NCBI GenBank assembly: GCA_951406725.2 | Contig: OX597816.1 | Span: forward strand, 16,058,001 to 16,122,000 | Direction of reading: 5' to 3' | Origin: Octopus vulgaris | Lineage: Eukaryota | Length of the DNA stretch: 64,000 nt | Part shown: piece by piece, positions 13,201-26,968 of the stretch | How the letters are laid out: each line of letters opens with the position of its first letter | Numbering within the stretch: position 1 is the stretch's first letter | Position numbers and translations under genes: made by a program | The notes under the pieces: model-generated | Seen by the model: the letters and a program-made list of their open reading frames with translations, nothing else | Databases searched by the model: none | Told to the model about the DNA's origin: nothing

Positions 13201-13879
13201 TGTGAAAATATATATATATATATGGTGACAAAGGGCCTCTCCCTCAGGGTGAAAGATAGATTGTATGATGCATGTATGTGAACTGCCATGCTTCACTGCA
13301 GTGAAACATGGGCTGTGACTGCTGAAGACATGCATAGGTTTGAAAGAAATGAAGCTAGCATGATCCATTGAATGTGTAATGTCAGTGTAAGCACCCTGAG
13401 AGAAATGTTGGACATAAGAAGCATTGGATGTGGTGTGCAAGAGAGACGTCTGTGTTGGAGTGGTCATGTACTATTAGGGGTGTATATTCCAGGTGTGCTA
13501 GGTGTGCACTACACGCCCATTGTAAATGGCAAATTCATTATAAATATTGACCTTACTCTCAAATCTTAATGGAAAACTTTTGTTACACCCCTGCTTGAAA
13601 TTTGCCAGCACTGGGTATGGCAGCACACCCAGTACAAAAACTACCATACTCCACTGCTATCAATGTCACATCACATGGCCTTTATAGTTTCACAGAGCAT
13701 TGAACAGCAGACATTACATCAGCATTTTGATATCCTGCATGAACCATCATGATACAAGTCACTCTTTTCCATTATTCTGATGGCTTCTAGTTTTCCATGT
13801 CAGCTAATCTTTTCTCAACTACAACTTAAAACTTTATGCTCTCCAATGTTGTTGACTCTTCACTGATTTTTGTTTGTTT

Positions 13880-14172
13880 CTTCTTGAGCCATGCCTGGCT
13901 CATACGGGCTGGTTTCCCGGTTTCTTTGGCGTATACGTTCCCCACCTGGACGGGATGCCGGTCCACCGCAGCTGAGCTGCAAAATGCAGTAGGAAAGAGT
14001 GAGAGAAAGTTGTGGCGAAAGAGTCAGCAGAAGTTGGCCATTACCTTCTGCCAGAGCCACGTGGAGCTTAGGTGTTTCACTCATAAACACACACATCGCC
14101 TGGTCTGAGATTTGAACCCACGATCCCTCAACCGCGAATCCGCTGCTCTAACCACTAGGCCATGTGCCTCCA
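13880..14172 (-). mobile_element. tRNA-derived SINE family B
   Basis: Minus-strand head GGAGGCACATGGCCTAGTGGTTAGAGCAGCGGATTCGCGG...GGTTCAAATCTC. Confidence 0.85.
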
Positions 14173-14767
14173 CTCTTCACTGATACATCAAGCTGTTTCC
14201 AAAAAAAAGGACACATAAGAAATCATCCAACTGGCAGCTATTAGCATGCTGGATAAAATGCTTAGCACTGTTTTATCTGTCCTTTAGTTCTGAGTTCAAG
14301 TTTCACAAAGGCTGACTTTCTTTACCTTTCATCTTTTCAGTCGATAAAACAAGTACCAGTTGAGTACGGATTGGTGTAATCAACTTAACTATTGCTTGGT
14401 AAGCATATAAAAACTCTACCCTCTGCCAGCCCTTATCAAACCAGTGTGGCTGAAGAGCCATTCAAATCAGAATGATCTGAAGCTGAAATTCACAGCCTCC
14501 ACATCAGACCATGATTGATGGAGGGAACATATAGAGGCCTTCATCCTGCGGTAGACTCAACATAGGCAATCCAATCCAATCCAAAGAATTTAGGCTGAAC
14601 ATCCTGTATATACCATAAAACTGAGGTTAGCTCTGGCCTTTTGAGAATTAGGCCTCATGATAGACCTAAGTTTAAGTCAGTCAACACAGCTTTTATTACT
14701 TACAAAATTATTCAGCAAACCTTCTCACACAGTTGCTGGGTTAGTTGGGAATTGATTAGCATAACTA

Positions 14768-15233
14768 TGTAGTGACGCTACTGTGTAAGTTTCAGCGCAC
14801 ATGCGCAGAATTGGATTACTTCCAGTTGGCCACCTGAAGTTTTCCTCATGCGCATGTGCAGGAACTGGAACCTAAAAGCCTGACCGCTGAATCGGTCTTT
14901 CTGGCATGAGCAGTGCTAGCGATCGGACGTGGCTTGACTTTCTCTCAGGAAACAACCCTACACTCAGAGAACCTCCCCCCAACGAAGCGGGAGCGAACCT
15001 ACGAATCGTCTTGACTCGCACGAGAAAGCATCGCAACCAGTCCTGCGGATTCGGCTGCCGGTTTCCCACTAGAGATACATGGGCACTAGTTCTTATCTAT
15101 AACCGCAGAATAAACCACCACTTACTGTTACCGAAGACCGCGAGACTTTGTCTCCGTTTATTCAACTTAAATTGTATGTGACAGGATCAAATCAGACACC
15201 CCTCCAGTGTTCCTGAACTCTCATCCTGTTACA
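14768..15233 (+). mobile_element. Putative solo LTR (466 bp)
   Basis: TGTAG...TTACA termini, GC/CpG-richer than flanks, AATAAA at 15109-15114; TSD only partly matches (AACTA/ACCTG). Confidence 0.6.
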
Positions 15234-15713
15234 ACCTGTTTAACACTTATGTATTATGTTTAATTCTTTTCATACTAACCTGCCCAAGATTGTCGTTGCT
15301 TCTATGATACAAGCTTCCTATAGAAAGTGATTTAAATTAAAATTTCCCATTAAAATTCCATGTTAATTAATGTTCCAATTAGCAGATTGATAATGACTGA
15401 GATGTTTTACTAAATTCTTTATTATTATAGGCACAGGAGTGGCTGTGTGGTAAGTAGTTTGCTTACTAACCACATGGTTCCAAATTAGCACTATAACATT
15501 CAGACAATATATATATATTGGTGTTAGGAAGGGCATCCAGCTGTAGAAACACTACCAGATCAGACTGGAGCCTGGTGCAGCCTCCTGGTTTCCCAGACCT
15601 CGGTCGAACCGTCCAACCAATGCTAGCATGGAAAACGGACGTTAAACGATGATGATGATGATGATGATAATGATGATGATATATATATCTAAATACACAC
15701 ACACACACACACA

Positions 15714-17500
15714 TTCCTGGTAAGGCAGCTGCAGGAGAAATACCTAGCCAAAGATAAGCCCCTGTACCTGGCTTTCGTTGACATGGAGAAAGCCTTTGAT
15801 AGGGTCCCCCGATCCCTTATCTGGTGGTCAATGAGGAAACTAGGGATAGATGAATGGCTGGTGAGGGCTGTGGAAGCCATGTACAGAGATGCCGTAAGTA
15901 AGGTTAGGGTTGGCAACATGTACACAGAAGAATTTAAAGTAGAGGTTGGGGTCCACCAGGGTTCAGTACTCAGCCCCCTCCTATTTATCATAGTCCTCCA
16001 GGCAATTACTGAGGAATTCAAGACAGGTTGCCCCTGGGAGCTCCTCTATGCTGACGACCTTGCTCTAATTGCTGAGTCACTATCAGAACTGGAGGAGAAG
16101 TTCCAGGTGTGGAAGGAGGGTTTAGAATCGAGGGGCCTTAGAGTCAACCTAGCTAAAACCAAAGTACTAATAAGTAGGAAGGTAGACAATCCCACAAATG
16201 TCTTCAGGAAAATGGTCCTGCTCGATCTGTAGAAAAGGTGTAGGTAGAAACTCTATAAGATGTACCCAGTGTAAGCTATGGACACATAAGAGGTGCAGCA
16301 ATGTCAAAGGTAGGCTAACTGGGAAGATAGTTTTTGTATGTGGCAGATGCTCGGGAGCATTAACCTCTGAAAATCTGCAGAAAACAACTTCCGTCACTTT
16401 CCAGGGGGAAAAACTAGAAGTAGTTGATAGCTTCCGTTATCTAGGTGACCAAGTCAGTAGTGGGGGTGGGTGCACTGAAAGTGTAACTGCTAGAATAAGA
16501 ATAGCCTGGGCAAAGTTTAGGGAGCTCTTACCTCTGCTGGTGACTAAAGGCCTCTCGCTCAGAGTAAAAGGCAGACTGTATGATGCATGTGTACGAACAG
16601 CCATGCTACATGGCAGTGAAACATGGGCCGTGACTGCTGAGGACATGCGTAAGCTCGTGAGGAATGAAGCCAGTATGCTCCAATGGATGTGTAATGTCAG
16701 TGTACATACTCGACAGAGCATTAGTACCTTGAGAGAAATGTTGTACCTAAGAAGCATCAGTTGTGGTGTGCAAGAGAGACGATTGCGCTGGTATGGTCAT
16801 GTGGCGAGAATGGATGAAGATAGGTGTGTGAGAAAGTGCCAATCCCTAGCAGTTGAGGGAGCCCGTGGAAGAGGTAGACCCAGGAAAACCTGGGATGAGG
16901 TGGTGAAGCACGGCCTTCGAACTTTAGGCCTCACTGAGGAAATGACCAGCGACCGAGACCTCTGGAAATATGCTGTACGTGAGAAGACCAGGCAGGACGT
17001 GAGCCCAGCCCACTTATGAATGCCTTTCCTCCCTTGGACACAAAGACCTGTTGAGGCAAGCGTAGTCGATATAGAACCTCATCCGACGACAGGCACCCAT
17101 GCCACTCCCCTTTGCTTGCGAAGACATGTTGGGGCAAGCGAAAGCGAAATCGAATTGAACCAGCCAGGATCCCTGGTCTGGTGGTACGTAAAAAGCACTA
17201 TCCGACTCGTGGCCGATGCCAGCGCCGGCTCGACTGGCTTCCATGCCGGTGGCACATAAAATACACCAATCCGACCGTGGCCATTGCCAGCCTCACCTGG
17301 CACCTGTGCAGGTGGCACGTAAAAAGCACCCACTACACTCACGGAGAGGTTGGCGTTAGGAAGGGCATCCAGCTGTGGAAACATTGCCAGATAAGACTGG
17401 AGCCTGGTGCAGCCTTCTGGCTTCCCAGATCCCCGGTCGAACCGTCCAACCCATGCTAGCATGGAGAACGGACGTTAAACGATGATGATGATGATGATGA
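15714..17500 (+). mobile_element. 5'-truncated young RTE LINE (RT, PHD-like finger, 3' UTR, (GAT)n tail)
   Basis: ORFs 15783-16232 (FVDMEKAFD, GVHQGSVLSPLLF, LYADD) and 16198-17019 joined by one frameshift near 16200. Confidence 0.95.
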
Positions 17501-17862
17501 TATATATATATATTTACATACACACACACACACACATACATATATACATGGATGATGGATATGGACACACCCACACAGCTATGTACATAAAAGCAAATAC
17601 ATGTTTACATCTAAAATAACATATTTACACATACGCAATTAGAGAACAATGCAAATTGTTATACAACACAGGTATTGAAATAGTTTGACAAATTATTCAT
17701 GCATTAGATGTATATTGTGCCATAAAATTAGTCCTAGTTTTTTTCTATAGAATTTATATATTTATAGAAGTGTAAATAATTTTATGATAGCAATTCATTT
17801 TTGTTTCATTTTATTTACTGAGGTGTGAATTAGAAAGTAAAACTTTTATTCACAGAATAATC

Positions 17863-18027
17863 CGTCTGTATCAGGACAATTTCCCCACTAGGACAATTAA
17901 CCCCTCACCCAAATAGGACAATTACCCTCGACAACAACTATTCCCTCTACAATATATTAGGAAGTTTTAAATCATTATCTGTTGTCCTCAGGGGTAATTG
18001 TCCTTAGCAGGGTTATGTCCTAGACTC
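17863..18027. mobile_element. Small MITE with GGACAATT subterminal repeats
   Basis: Three GGACAATT on the left, inverted copies on the right; 8-bp direct repeat GAATAATC at 17855-17862 and 18028-18035. Confidence 0.55.
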
Positions 18028-19179
18028 GAATAATCAGCATGTTTTTCTATCTTTAGAGCTAAAAATTCCACAGTGTTCCGTTCCAACTGCTTAAATTCTA
18101 AAATTCTTTACCTGGTTGTTTCTGTAGAAGCACTTACATTGCCTGGCCCCCGTGATTTAGTTTCCTGGTTTAAAGCTTGAACATAATGTCCAGTGTGCAA
18201 TGACAATATTGGTTTCAAATTTTGGCACAAGGCCTACAAGTTCAGTGGAGGGTTCAAGTCAATTACATTGACGCCAGTACTATCTTATTGGTACTTATCT
18301 TATTGACCTTAAAAGAATGAACAGCAAAATCGACCTTGGCAAAATTTGAACTCAGAGAGCTAAAGACAGGTGAAATACTGCTAAGCATTTCATCCGGTGT
18401 GCTAACGATTCTGCCAGCTTGCCACCTTGCTTGTAATGACAATATTAATAGCACTTATAAAATCATTACACAACCAACGTTGCCTATCGTTACCAATGTC
18501 ACCTTACTATTGTTACCAACATCGCCTTACATTGTTACCATCGTCGCCTTACTATCGTTACCAACATTGCCTGACTGGCCCCCGTGCTGGTGGCACGTAA
18601 AAAGCACCCACTACACTCTTGGAGTGGTTGGCAATAGGAAGGACATCCAGCTGTAGAAACTCTGCCAAATCAAGATTGGAGCCTAGTGCAGCCATCTGGC
18701 TCACCAGCCCTCAGTCAAAATCGTCCAACCCATGCTAGCATGGAAAGCAGACGTTAAACGATGATGAACGATGAGACTAATTTACTCCTAAAGGAGTAGA
18801 ACATTGTGCTTATAGACATTATACTTAAGAGTCACAAGACTTGTCAGTCTGTTTCATGGTCTTAGCAGACAAAATAGAAAAAGTGTTGGCCTGGAGGATG
18901 GCAAGGGAGACACACTAAAACAGCCAATCTGAATCACAGGACTTTCTTGCAGATAGCCATCTCTACCCCTATATCAGTGAGCAGGGATGTAGTCCATGGG
19001 CCAAGAACACCAGAGGTCTCCACAGCCAAAGGCTCAATCTCAAATTTGTCAATGAGTGGCTGATACTTTGACAATTTGCTTTCCTTTTAGTTAATGAAGT
19101 TGATTGCATCAGCCTTGGATTTTTCCAGAGTTACTGGTGCATAAAATGTTAGATATCTTTACTGTTATCATATATTTAA

Positions 19180-19377
19180 CTCGTGAGTATTCAGATTACT
19201 CAGTCAAATGAAATGTGCATTTAGTTACATTGCTTTAGCTTTGAGATTTCGATGACACGAATGTTTATTTATAGAATGACATTGTAGGGTAGGTATGAGA
19301 AGCCAGAACTGGCCAGATTGAACATAACACAGGTAGAAAATTTTGGGCCAGATATAGCCAGTTTAAATGCAAAAGGG
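19180..19377. mobile_element. piggyBac-like MITE
   Basis: TTAA on both sides; right end AATGCAAAAGGG-TTAA; left TIR decayed. Confidence 0.5.
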
Positions 19378-19382
19378 TTAAA

Positions 19383-19775
19383 TAGTTGCTTTCAACCACA
19401 TGGTTGCAGTTTCAGTTTAACTTTCTGGCATCTTGGGCAAGTGCCTTCTGCTATAGCCTGGGGCCAACCAAAGCCTTGTGAGTGGATTTGGTAGACGGAA
19501 ACTGAAAGAAACCCATCGTGTGTGTATATATATATATATATGTATGTATATATTTGTGTGTCTGTCTTTGCCCCCTCCAACCACCATTGCTTGACAACCG
19601 ATGTTGGTGCATTTACATCCCTGTAACTTAGCAGTTCAACAAAAGAAACCAATAGAAAATGTACCAGGCTTACAAAGAATAAGTCCTGGGGTTGATTTGT
19701 TCGACTAAGGGTGGTGCTCCAGCATGGCCACAGTTAAATGCCTGAAACAAATAAAAGGATAAAAGAATAAAAGAA
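19383..19775 (+). mobile_element. SINE family A (5' clipped)
   Basis: Family A body and tail. Confidence 0.85.
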
Positions 19776-19792
19776 TATATATATATATATAT

Positions 19793-19837
<45 letters not shown>

Positions 19838-19890
19838 AACCCGTGCTAGCGCGGAAAACGGACGTTAAACGATGATGATGATGATGATGA

Positions 19891-19924
<34 letters not shown>

Positions 19925-19926
<2 letters not shown>

Positions 19927-20440
19927 GTGCCCCTTCCTCTCACCCTCTTTAATTCTTTCTTTCTCTCTCTCTCTTGGTCATTTCTCGGCCATCCTCAATC
20001 CCCCCTCTCTCTTTCTCTCTCACCTTCTTGCAACCTGCTGCTGCTAAGCCATTCCACTGCTGACAGCCGCCTGTACAACACATGTGTCCTCTACCGAAAA
20101 GGTAACCGCTTCCCACGCTTGCTGATCAATTGTTTTGTCTCATTTTGTCTCAAAGTCGTAAGACGCCCCCGTATCATTCCTGTTTTTATTCGTTACTGTT
20201 TCCAATTTTATCTTCGTCTCTTGTTTTACTATTCGTCTCGGTTGTCACATTCTTTCCTTCTACCAAGCAAATCTAATGCCCATAGCTTAGCTTTTCCTTG
20301 GGGCTGGCCTTTTCGGAGCAAATCTCAGAATTAAACAGCCGAAATTTGCCATGATGAATCGGTTTCTGACTGAAGAATGAAGGCTCTGAATTACTGTCCG
20401 TTTTTCCATGTTTGTCAATTCATGAATTTCACGTTCTTTA
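19925..20440 (+). mobile_element. Unclassified pyrimidine-rich element between (TA)n tracts, possibly a PLE 3' end
   Basis: CT-skewed like the PLE; decayed CTGAAGA...GAATT motif near 20369; flanked by TA repeats. Confidence 0.35.
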
Positions 20441-20451
20441 TATATAAGTTT

Positions 20452-20498
<47 letters not shown>

Positions 20499-20508
20499 TA
20501 TATATATA

Positions 20509-22017
20509 CACAGACATGACGGAAGTAAATAGACACCCCATAATAAAATATTGTTTTTTGTTTATTCAAACCTGTAAAGGTTTATATTTTTTATTAATTA
20601 ACATTTTTATGTTTCAGGTTCTATATGTGACTGCTTAATCATACCATGTACAAAAGAAGCCTTGCAACTGTCTGAATTTCAAAGAGGCCATATTGTGGGT
20701 CATTCTGAAGGTGGACATGGCATAAAATTGTAGAAAACCTTGGGATCCCACTTTCTACTGTTAATAGCTTGATTGTGCCAGTCACTAGAGAGGGGAAGGA
20801 GTCCACATCACCTCGCCCAGACCAACCAGGATCCTCTGATAGGACCCTTCTCTTTGCTAAGAGAAGTATGGAAGATAATCCTTGTAGCAAGTTCTCTGAT
20901 ATAGTAGAACAAGAGTTGATGTCAGTCCCAGAACAGCTGTCTGGTATCTCCACAAACTTGGTTACTGTGGCAGAGCAGCAAGAAGAAAGCTACTTCTTTG
21001 ACCAGTTAATATCAAGTGGAGAAAAGATTGGGCCAGTGAGATGGTGGAGAGGCCACTAGCATTTTGGGACACTGTCATATTCTGTGATGAGTCCAGATTT
21101 GCTGTATTTCCTGACAGTGGTCGAGTGTAGGTCTGGAGATTCTGTGATCAATAATTTGATTCGAAAATTTTGTAGCCAACCACGAAGCACGCCAGCTATT
21201 CTGTGATGGTCTGGGGAGCAATTTGGAGCAATGGTTGACCAGAGATGGTGGAGTGTGAGGGAAGCATAAACTCAGATAAATATGTGTCCATATTGCAGAA
21301 AGGACTCCTTCCAATCTTCTGCAATGGTGAAGTGATTAAAGAAAACTCTTTATTTATGGAAGATGGAGCTCCTTGTCACACGGTTAAAATGAACCAAGAT
21401 TTGTTGGATGAGAATGGCATTAAAAAAGATTCCATGGCCAAGCCTGTCACCAGATATGAACCCTATTGAACACTTCTTGGACATAATGGACGGGACATTT
21501 CGTAAAATGAACAAGAAAGCATCTTCAAAGCCAGAACTTTTGAGATTACTGCATGAAACTTGGCATGAAATTCTGCAAGAGAATATTTTTTTTCATTTAT
21601 TTTTTATTGCCCACAGAGGGCTAAACATAGAGTGGACAAACAAGGACAGACAGAGGGATTAATTCAATTACATCGACCACAGTGCGAAACTGGTACTTAT
21701 TTAATCGACCCCCGAAAGGATGAAAGGCAAAGTTGGCCTCAGCGGAATTTGAACTCAGAATGTAACGGCAGACGAAATACTGCTTAGCATTTCACCTGAT
21801 GTGCTAACGATTCTGCCAGCTCGCCAGCTTCTTCAAGAGAATATTTGCCATCTGATCAGTAACATGCCTAATAGGGTCCTTGCATTGACAAATGCAAAGG
21901 GCATGTCTACTGAATATTCACACTAAAACAATTAATGAATAATTTGAATGTATAATTTCAGATTTAAATAAATTTTAATGATTATAAGGCTGTATATTTA
22001 CTTCTCTCATGTCTGTG
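20509..22017 (+). mobile_element. Tc1 (DD34E) DNA transposon, degraded, with nested SINE C
   Basis: TIRs CACAGACATGACGGAAGTAAATA / TATTTACTTCTCTCATGTCTGTG flanked by TA; FMEDGAPCH...WPSLSPDMNPIE gives D-34-E spacing after correcting one frameshift. Confidence 0.9.
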
Positions 22018-22185
22018 TATATATGTGTGTGTGGGTGACTGGGTGTGTGGGGTATATGAGCAGGTGTGTGTGTGTAAACACGTTTAAGATTTACTTCCTT
22101 CACTATGAATTAACTTTTGTTAATTGACTCCTGATCAAAACACTACACGCACTTCTTCCTAGTACAGGGTTTCAGACACGCACGT

Positions 22186-22237
<52 letters not shown>

Positions 22238-22548
22238 CAATAGGTAAGTATGATCCAGTGATTCACGTGTAGGAAGTTAGTCAGCTTCAAACATTTTGGG
22301 TTGGTGACAAGAGGAGACTATATATACTCTTTTACTTGTTTCAGTCAGTTGTGACCATGCTGGAGCACTGCCTGTAGTTGAGCAAATCGACCCCAGGGCT
22401 TATTCTTTGTAAGCCTAGTACTTATTCTATTGGTTTCTTTTGCCGAGACGCTAAGTTACAGGAACATAAACACACCACCATCGGTTGTCAAGCAATGTTG
22501 GTGGGGACAAACACGTACACACACACATACACACACACACACACACAC

Positions 22549-22611
<63 letters not shown>

Positions 22612-22760
22612 TATATATAACTTATAAATGAGGGCAAACAAAAAAAATTTCTAATGCCAAATATGCTGAAATTAGACACATTGTCCATTACCATTACAAT
22701 TTTTCACAATATGCACGCAACTCCAAAAAGGTTGACAGAAATTTCTAAAAAATTCCATTA

Positions 22761-22820
22761 TCACCATATCGGACCGATTTCAGGGTTAGTTCAAAGGAAC
22801 CCTCCCTTCGTCAGTGATAA
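22761..22820 (-). ncRNA. Type I hammerhead ribozyme motif
   Basis: Minus strand: TTATCA-CTGACGA-AGGG[18 nt]CCCT-GAA-ATCGG-T-CCGAT-A-TGGTGA; canonical core, helix I with two G-U pairs; lies in a ~250-bp insert in a SINE (TA)n tract. Confidence 0.7.
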
Positions 22821-23768
22821 ATGTGGCAAAGAAATAAATGAGATACTTACTCGGGTATGAGTAAGTATCAAGGTGCCACACAGTGGGACTGAACCCAGAA
22901 CCATGTGGTTGGTAAGCAAGCTACTTACCACACAGCCACTCCAATGTAAAATATATTTATCAACATTGTAAGTGAAACACTTCGTCCCTCATTTAAATTA
23001 AAAGGAATTCCAATAAGCTGACTGTCTCCATACAACTCACAGTACAGCAACTAATACTGCTAAGAATGTGACCTTCAGATGTTGGCTTCCAGAGGAGGGA
23101 GGACAAATGACCAAAACTTCTGGTGATGTGCTTTGCTTGAGAAGACATGTCGAGCTCAGTAGGTATGTGGTCATCCTTGCATACAGGTATGTCTCCTGCA
23201 TCCTTCTTCAGCTGAGCATTCATAATCTTGTGGGCTCATTGGTGCCAGTGCCACACAAAGCACCCATGCTGGTCCCACCCATGACAATGCATGAAAGTAC
23301 CCAGTACACCTTGTAAAGTAGTTGGCATTAAGTAGGACATCCAGCTGTAGAAACCATGCCAAAACTGACAGGAAACCTGGGCAGCTCCAGCTGACGAGCT
23401 CCTGTCAAACAGTCTAACCCATGTCAGTATGGAAAATAGATATTCAATGATGATGATGATGGTGGTATTGGTGATGGTGGTGGTGGTGGTGGAATATAGT
23501 CTATATACTTGCAATACTGTTAATGCAATTAATGATGGACTACACATGAACATGTAACAAATATGCATGAATGGACCTGTTGATTAGCACATATGCTATG
23601 TGCATGAAATTATTGCTGTATTGATTTTGTTTCGTTATGTTGTTTCATTGTTTTTTAAACTGCCTAGTTTTGACTTGACACGTTCCATGGAATATATCAA
23701 CAGAACATGTCTGTATGTCCAACTAAACTTGGATATAGACATAGGTGAATACATACACATAAATGCAT

Positions 23769-23806
<38 letters not shown>

Positions 23807-23823
23807 TCATCAGATATATATAT

Positions 23824-23894
<71 letters not shown>

Positions 23895-23900
<6 letters not shown>

Positions 23901-24070
23901 GAGTTGACGAAAAAAACAAAAGACGAAGACAGGTGGTGTACAAAACAAACAGATGTATTAGTATAATGCTCAGGAATAGAAAAAAGTCTCTTATGTTTCG
24001 AGCCTACGCTCTTCTACAGAAAGGGACACAGAAAAAAACAAGGAGAGAAAAAAATGTGTGTAGTGGCTAA
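23895..24070 (-). mobile_element. PLE pseudo-LTR fragment (paralogues 28983-29155, 33435-33606, 36157-36330)
   Basis: Homologous to 59250-59447; contains CTGTAGA-A-GAGC-GTAG-GCTC-GAAAC; abuts (TA)n. Confidence 0.75.
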
Positions 24071-24539
24071 TGCGTGTGTGTGTGTGTGTGTATATATGTA
24101 TGTGGGAGTGGGTGAATATGTGTGCATGCATGCCTTATGCATGCAGGCTTCACAGAGGCAAAGTGGCTGAGTTCCTTTCAAGTGTTGGGCCTCACGGAAG
24201 CAATGACCAAGACCTTTGGCATTATATCATGCTCGAGAAGAAGCCCTATCAAGCAGAGCAAACTCACAGTCATGGCAGATACCAGTGTCACACAAATTGG
24301 CACCCATGCCAGTGGCATGTAAATGCACCCCAGTGTCATGCAAATGGCTGGTGGAATGTAAAAGCATCCATTACACTCTCAAAGTGGTTGGCATTAGGAA
24401 GGGTATCCAGCTGTAGAAAACCATGTTGAATCAGACTGGAGTCTGGTGCAGCCTTCCAGCCCAGTCAAATCATCCAACCCATGCTGGCATGGACAACAGA
24501 AATTAAAGGATTATGATGATATATACACACACACATATA

Positions 24540-25080
24540 TACAGCTATCCAAATAGACAGCACCCTGGTAGATTAAGCAATTAAGGGTATGAAGCCAGGA
24601 AGAGCCCCTGGCCCATCAGGAATCACTGCTGAGATGCTTAAAATATCTGATGGTGTGGGCTATGGCCTAGTCACCCGCATTGTAAACCAGGTAGTTCATA
24701 ATGGAGTCATAACCAATGACTGGCGTAGCAGCACCATAGTCAACTGCTACAAGAGTAAAGGTGATGCTCTAGATAGAAATAACTACAGGGGTTTCAAACT
24801 GCTGGATCAGGTGATGAAGGTCATAGCCCATCTCATTAGGGAGAGAATCTGCTTAGATGAGATGCAGTTCGGTTTTGTGCCAGGTAGAAGCACCACTGAT
24901 GCTATATTCCTGGTTCGACAACTGCAGGAGGAATACCTAGCTAAAGATAAACCCCTATACTTTGCTTTTGTGGACTTGGAGAAAGCCTTTGACAGGGTCT
25001 CCCAATCCCTTATCTGGTGGGTGATGTGGAAACTGGGGATTGATGAACGGTTAATGAGAGCTGTACAGGCCTTCTACAGA
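24540..25080 (+). pseudogene. RTE RT N-terminal fragment (one per duplication unit)
   Basis: APGPSGITAE, NYRG, QFGF.PGRSTTDAIF, FVDLEKAFD. Confidence 0.9.
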
Positions 25081-26263
25081 GGATCAGATTGGAGCCTGGT
25101 GCAGCCTGCTGGCTTCACAGACCTCAGTCGAATTGTCCAACCCATGCTAGCATGGAAAACACATCCCCATAACTTAGCAGTTCGGCGAAAGAGACCAATA
25201 GATTAAGTATTAGGCTTACAAAGAATAAGTCCTGCGGCCGATTTGATTTGAAAATTTTGTAGCTAACCATGAAGCACGCCAGCTTTTCTGTGATGGTCTA
25301 GGGAGCAATTTGGAGCAATGGTTAATCAAAGTTGGTGGAGTGTGAGGGAAGCATAAACTCAGATAAATATGTGTCCATATTGCAGAAAAAACTCCTTCCA
25401 ATCTTCTGCAATGGTGAAGTGATTAAAGAAAACTCTTTATTTGTCACACGGTTACAGTGAACCAAGATTTGTTGGATGAGAATGGCATTAAAAAAGATTC
25501 CATGGCCAAGCCTGTCACTAGATACGAACCCTATTAAACACCTCTGAGACATAATGGACAGGACATTTCATAAAATGAACAAGAAAGCATCTTCAAAGCC
25601 AGAACTTTTGAGATTACTGCATGAAACTTGGCATGAAATTCTGCAGGAGAATATTTTTTTCATTTATTTTCTATTGCCGACAGAGGGCTAAACATAGAGG
25701 GAACAAACAAGGACAGACAGAGGGATTAATTCAATTACATCGACCACAGTGCGAAACTGGTACTTATTTAATCGACCCCCGAAAGGATGAAAGGCAAAGT
25801 TGACCTCGGCGGAATTAGAACTCAGAATGTAACGGCAGACGAAATACTGCTTAGCATTTCACCTGACGTGCTAACGATACTGCCAGCTCGCCAGCTTCTG
25901 CAAGAGAATATTTGCCATCTGATCAGTAACATGCCTAATAAGGTTCTTGCATTGACAAATGCAAAGAGCATGTCTGCTAAATATTCACACTAAAACAATT
26001 AATGAATAATTTGAATGTATAATTTCAGATTTAAATAAATTTTAATGATTTTTAAGGCTGTATATTTACTTCTCTCATGTCTGTGTATATATGTGTGTGT
26101 GGGTGACTGGGTGTGTGGGTGACTGGGTGTGTGGGGTATGTGAGCAGGTGTGTTTGTGTAAACACGTTGAATATTTACTTCCTTCACTATGAATAAACTT
26201 TTATTAATTGATTCCTGATCAAAACACTATACGCATTTCTTCCTAGTACAGGGTTTCAGACAT

Positions 26264-26317
<54 letters not shown>

Positions 26318-26619
26318 CAATAGGTAAGTATGATCCAGTGATTCAAGTGTAGGAAGTTAGTAAGCTTCAAGCATTTTGGCTTGGTGACAAAAGGAGACTA
26401 TATATATACTCTTTTACTTGTTTCAGTCAGTTGTGGCCATGCTGGAGCACTGCCTGTAGTTGAGCAAATCGACCCCAGGGCTTATTCTTTGTAAGCCTAG
26501 TACTTATTCTATTGGTTTCTTTTGCCGAACCGCTAATGTTACGGGGTCATGAACACACCACCATCGGTTGTCAAGCGATGTTGATGGGGACAAACACAGA
26601 CACACAAACACATACACAC

Positions 26620-26664
<45 letters not shown>

Positions 26665-26968
26665 CTAGCACTATCGCCCAGCGTTGCTCGGGTTTGTAAG
26701 GGAAATAACTATATATGCATTTTTAGAGAGTTACTTCCCTTATATAAACCGAGCAAAAATGCATTAAAAATGAGGAAAAATTATGGTAAATTTTTTTTTA
26801 AATCGTAGACTCATCGTAGACGCGTGCTAATACCCAGAAGGGCTCGATATGAATCACGACTATAAGATACCCACTTTTGGTTAAACTGCACTGAAAAATG
26901 TGGGAGTAGTTAGGAATCTAAATCCGAGTAGACAGACACACACACAACTTCAGTTTTATATATAAAGA
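26665..26968 (-). mobile_element. Non-autonomous Helitron (paralogue 31760-32064)
   Basis: Minus strand A|TC...hairpin CCCGAGCAACGC(T/C)GGG...CTAG|T; (GT)n near 5' end; no TSD. Confidence 0.8.

Noticed and set aside
20360-20402. Hammerhead at CTGAAGA
   Set aside because: No GAAA and no convincing helices; at best a decayed motif.
23600-24070. YIYI/HTHT/CVCV-rich ORFs throughout the track
   Set aside because: Translations of TA/CA microsatellites and SINEs.
24589-25206. Tandem family of 205-aa genes
   Set aside because: Truncated RTE RT fragment running into 3' UTR and SINE sequence, copied passively with the duplication; one copy has a stop.
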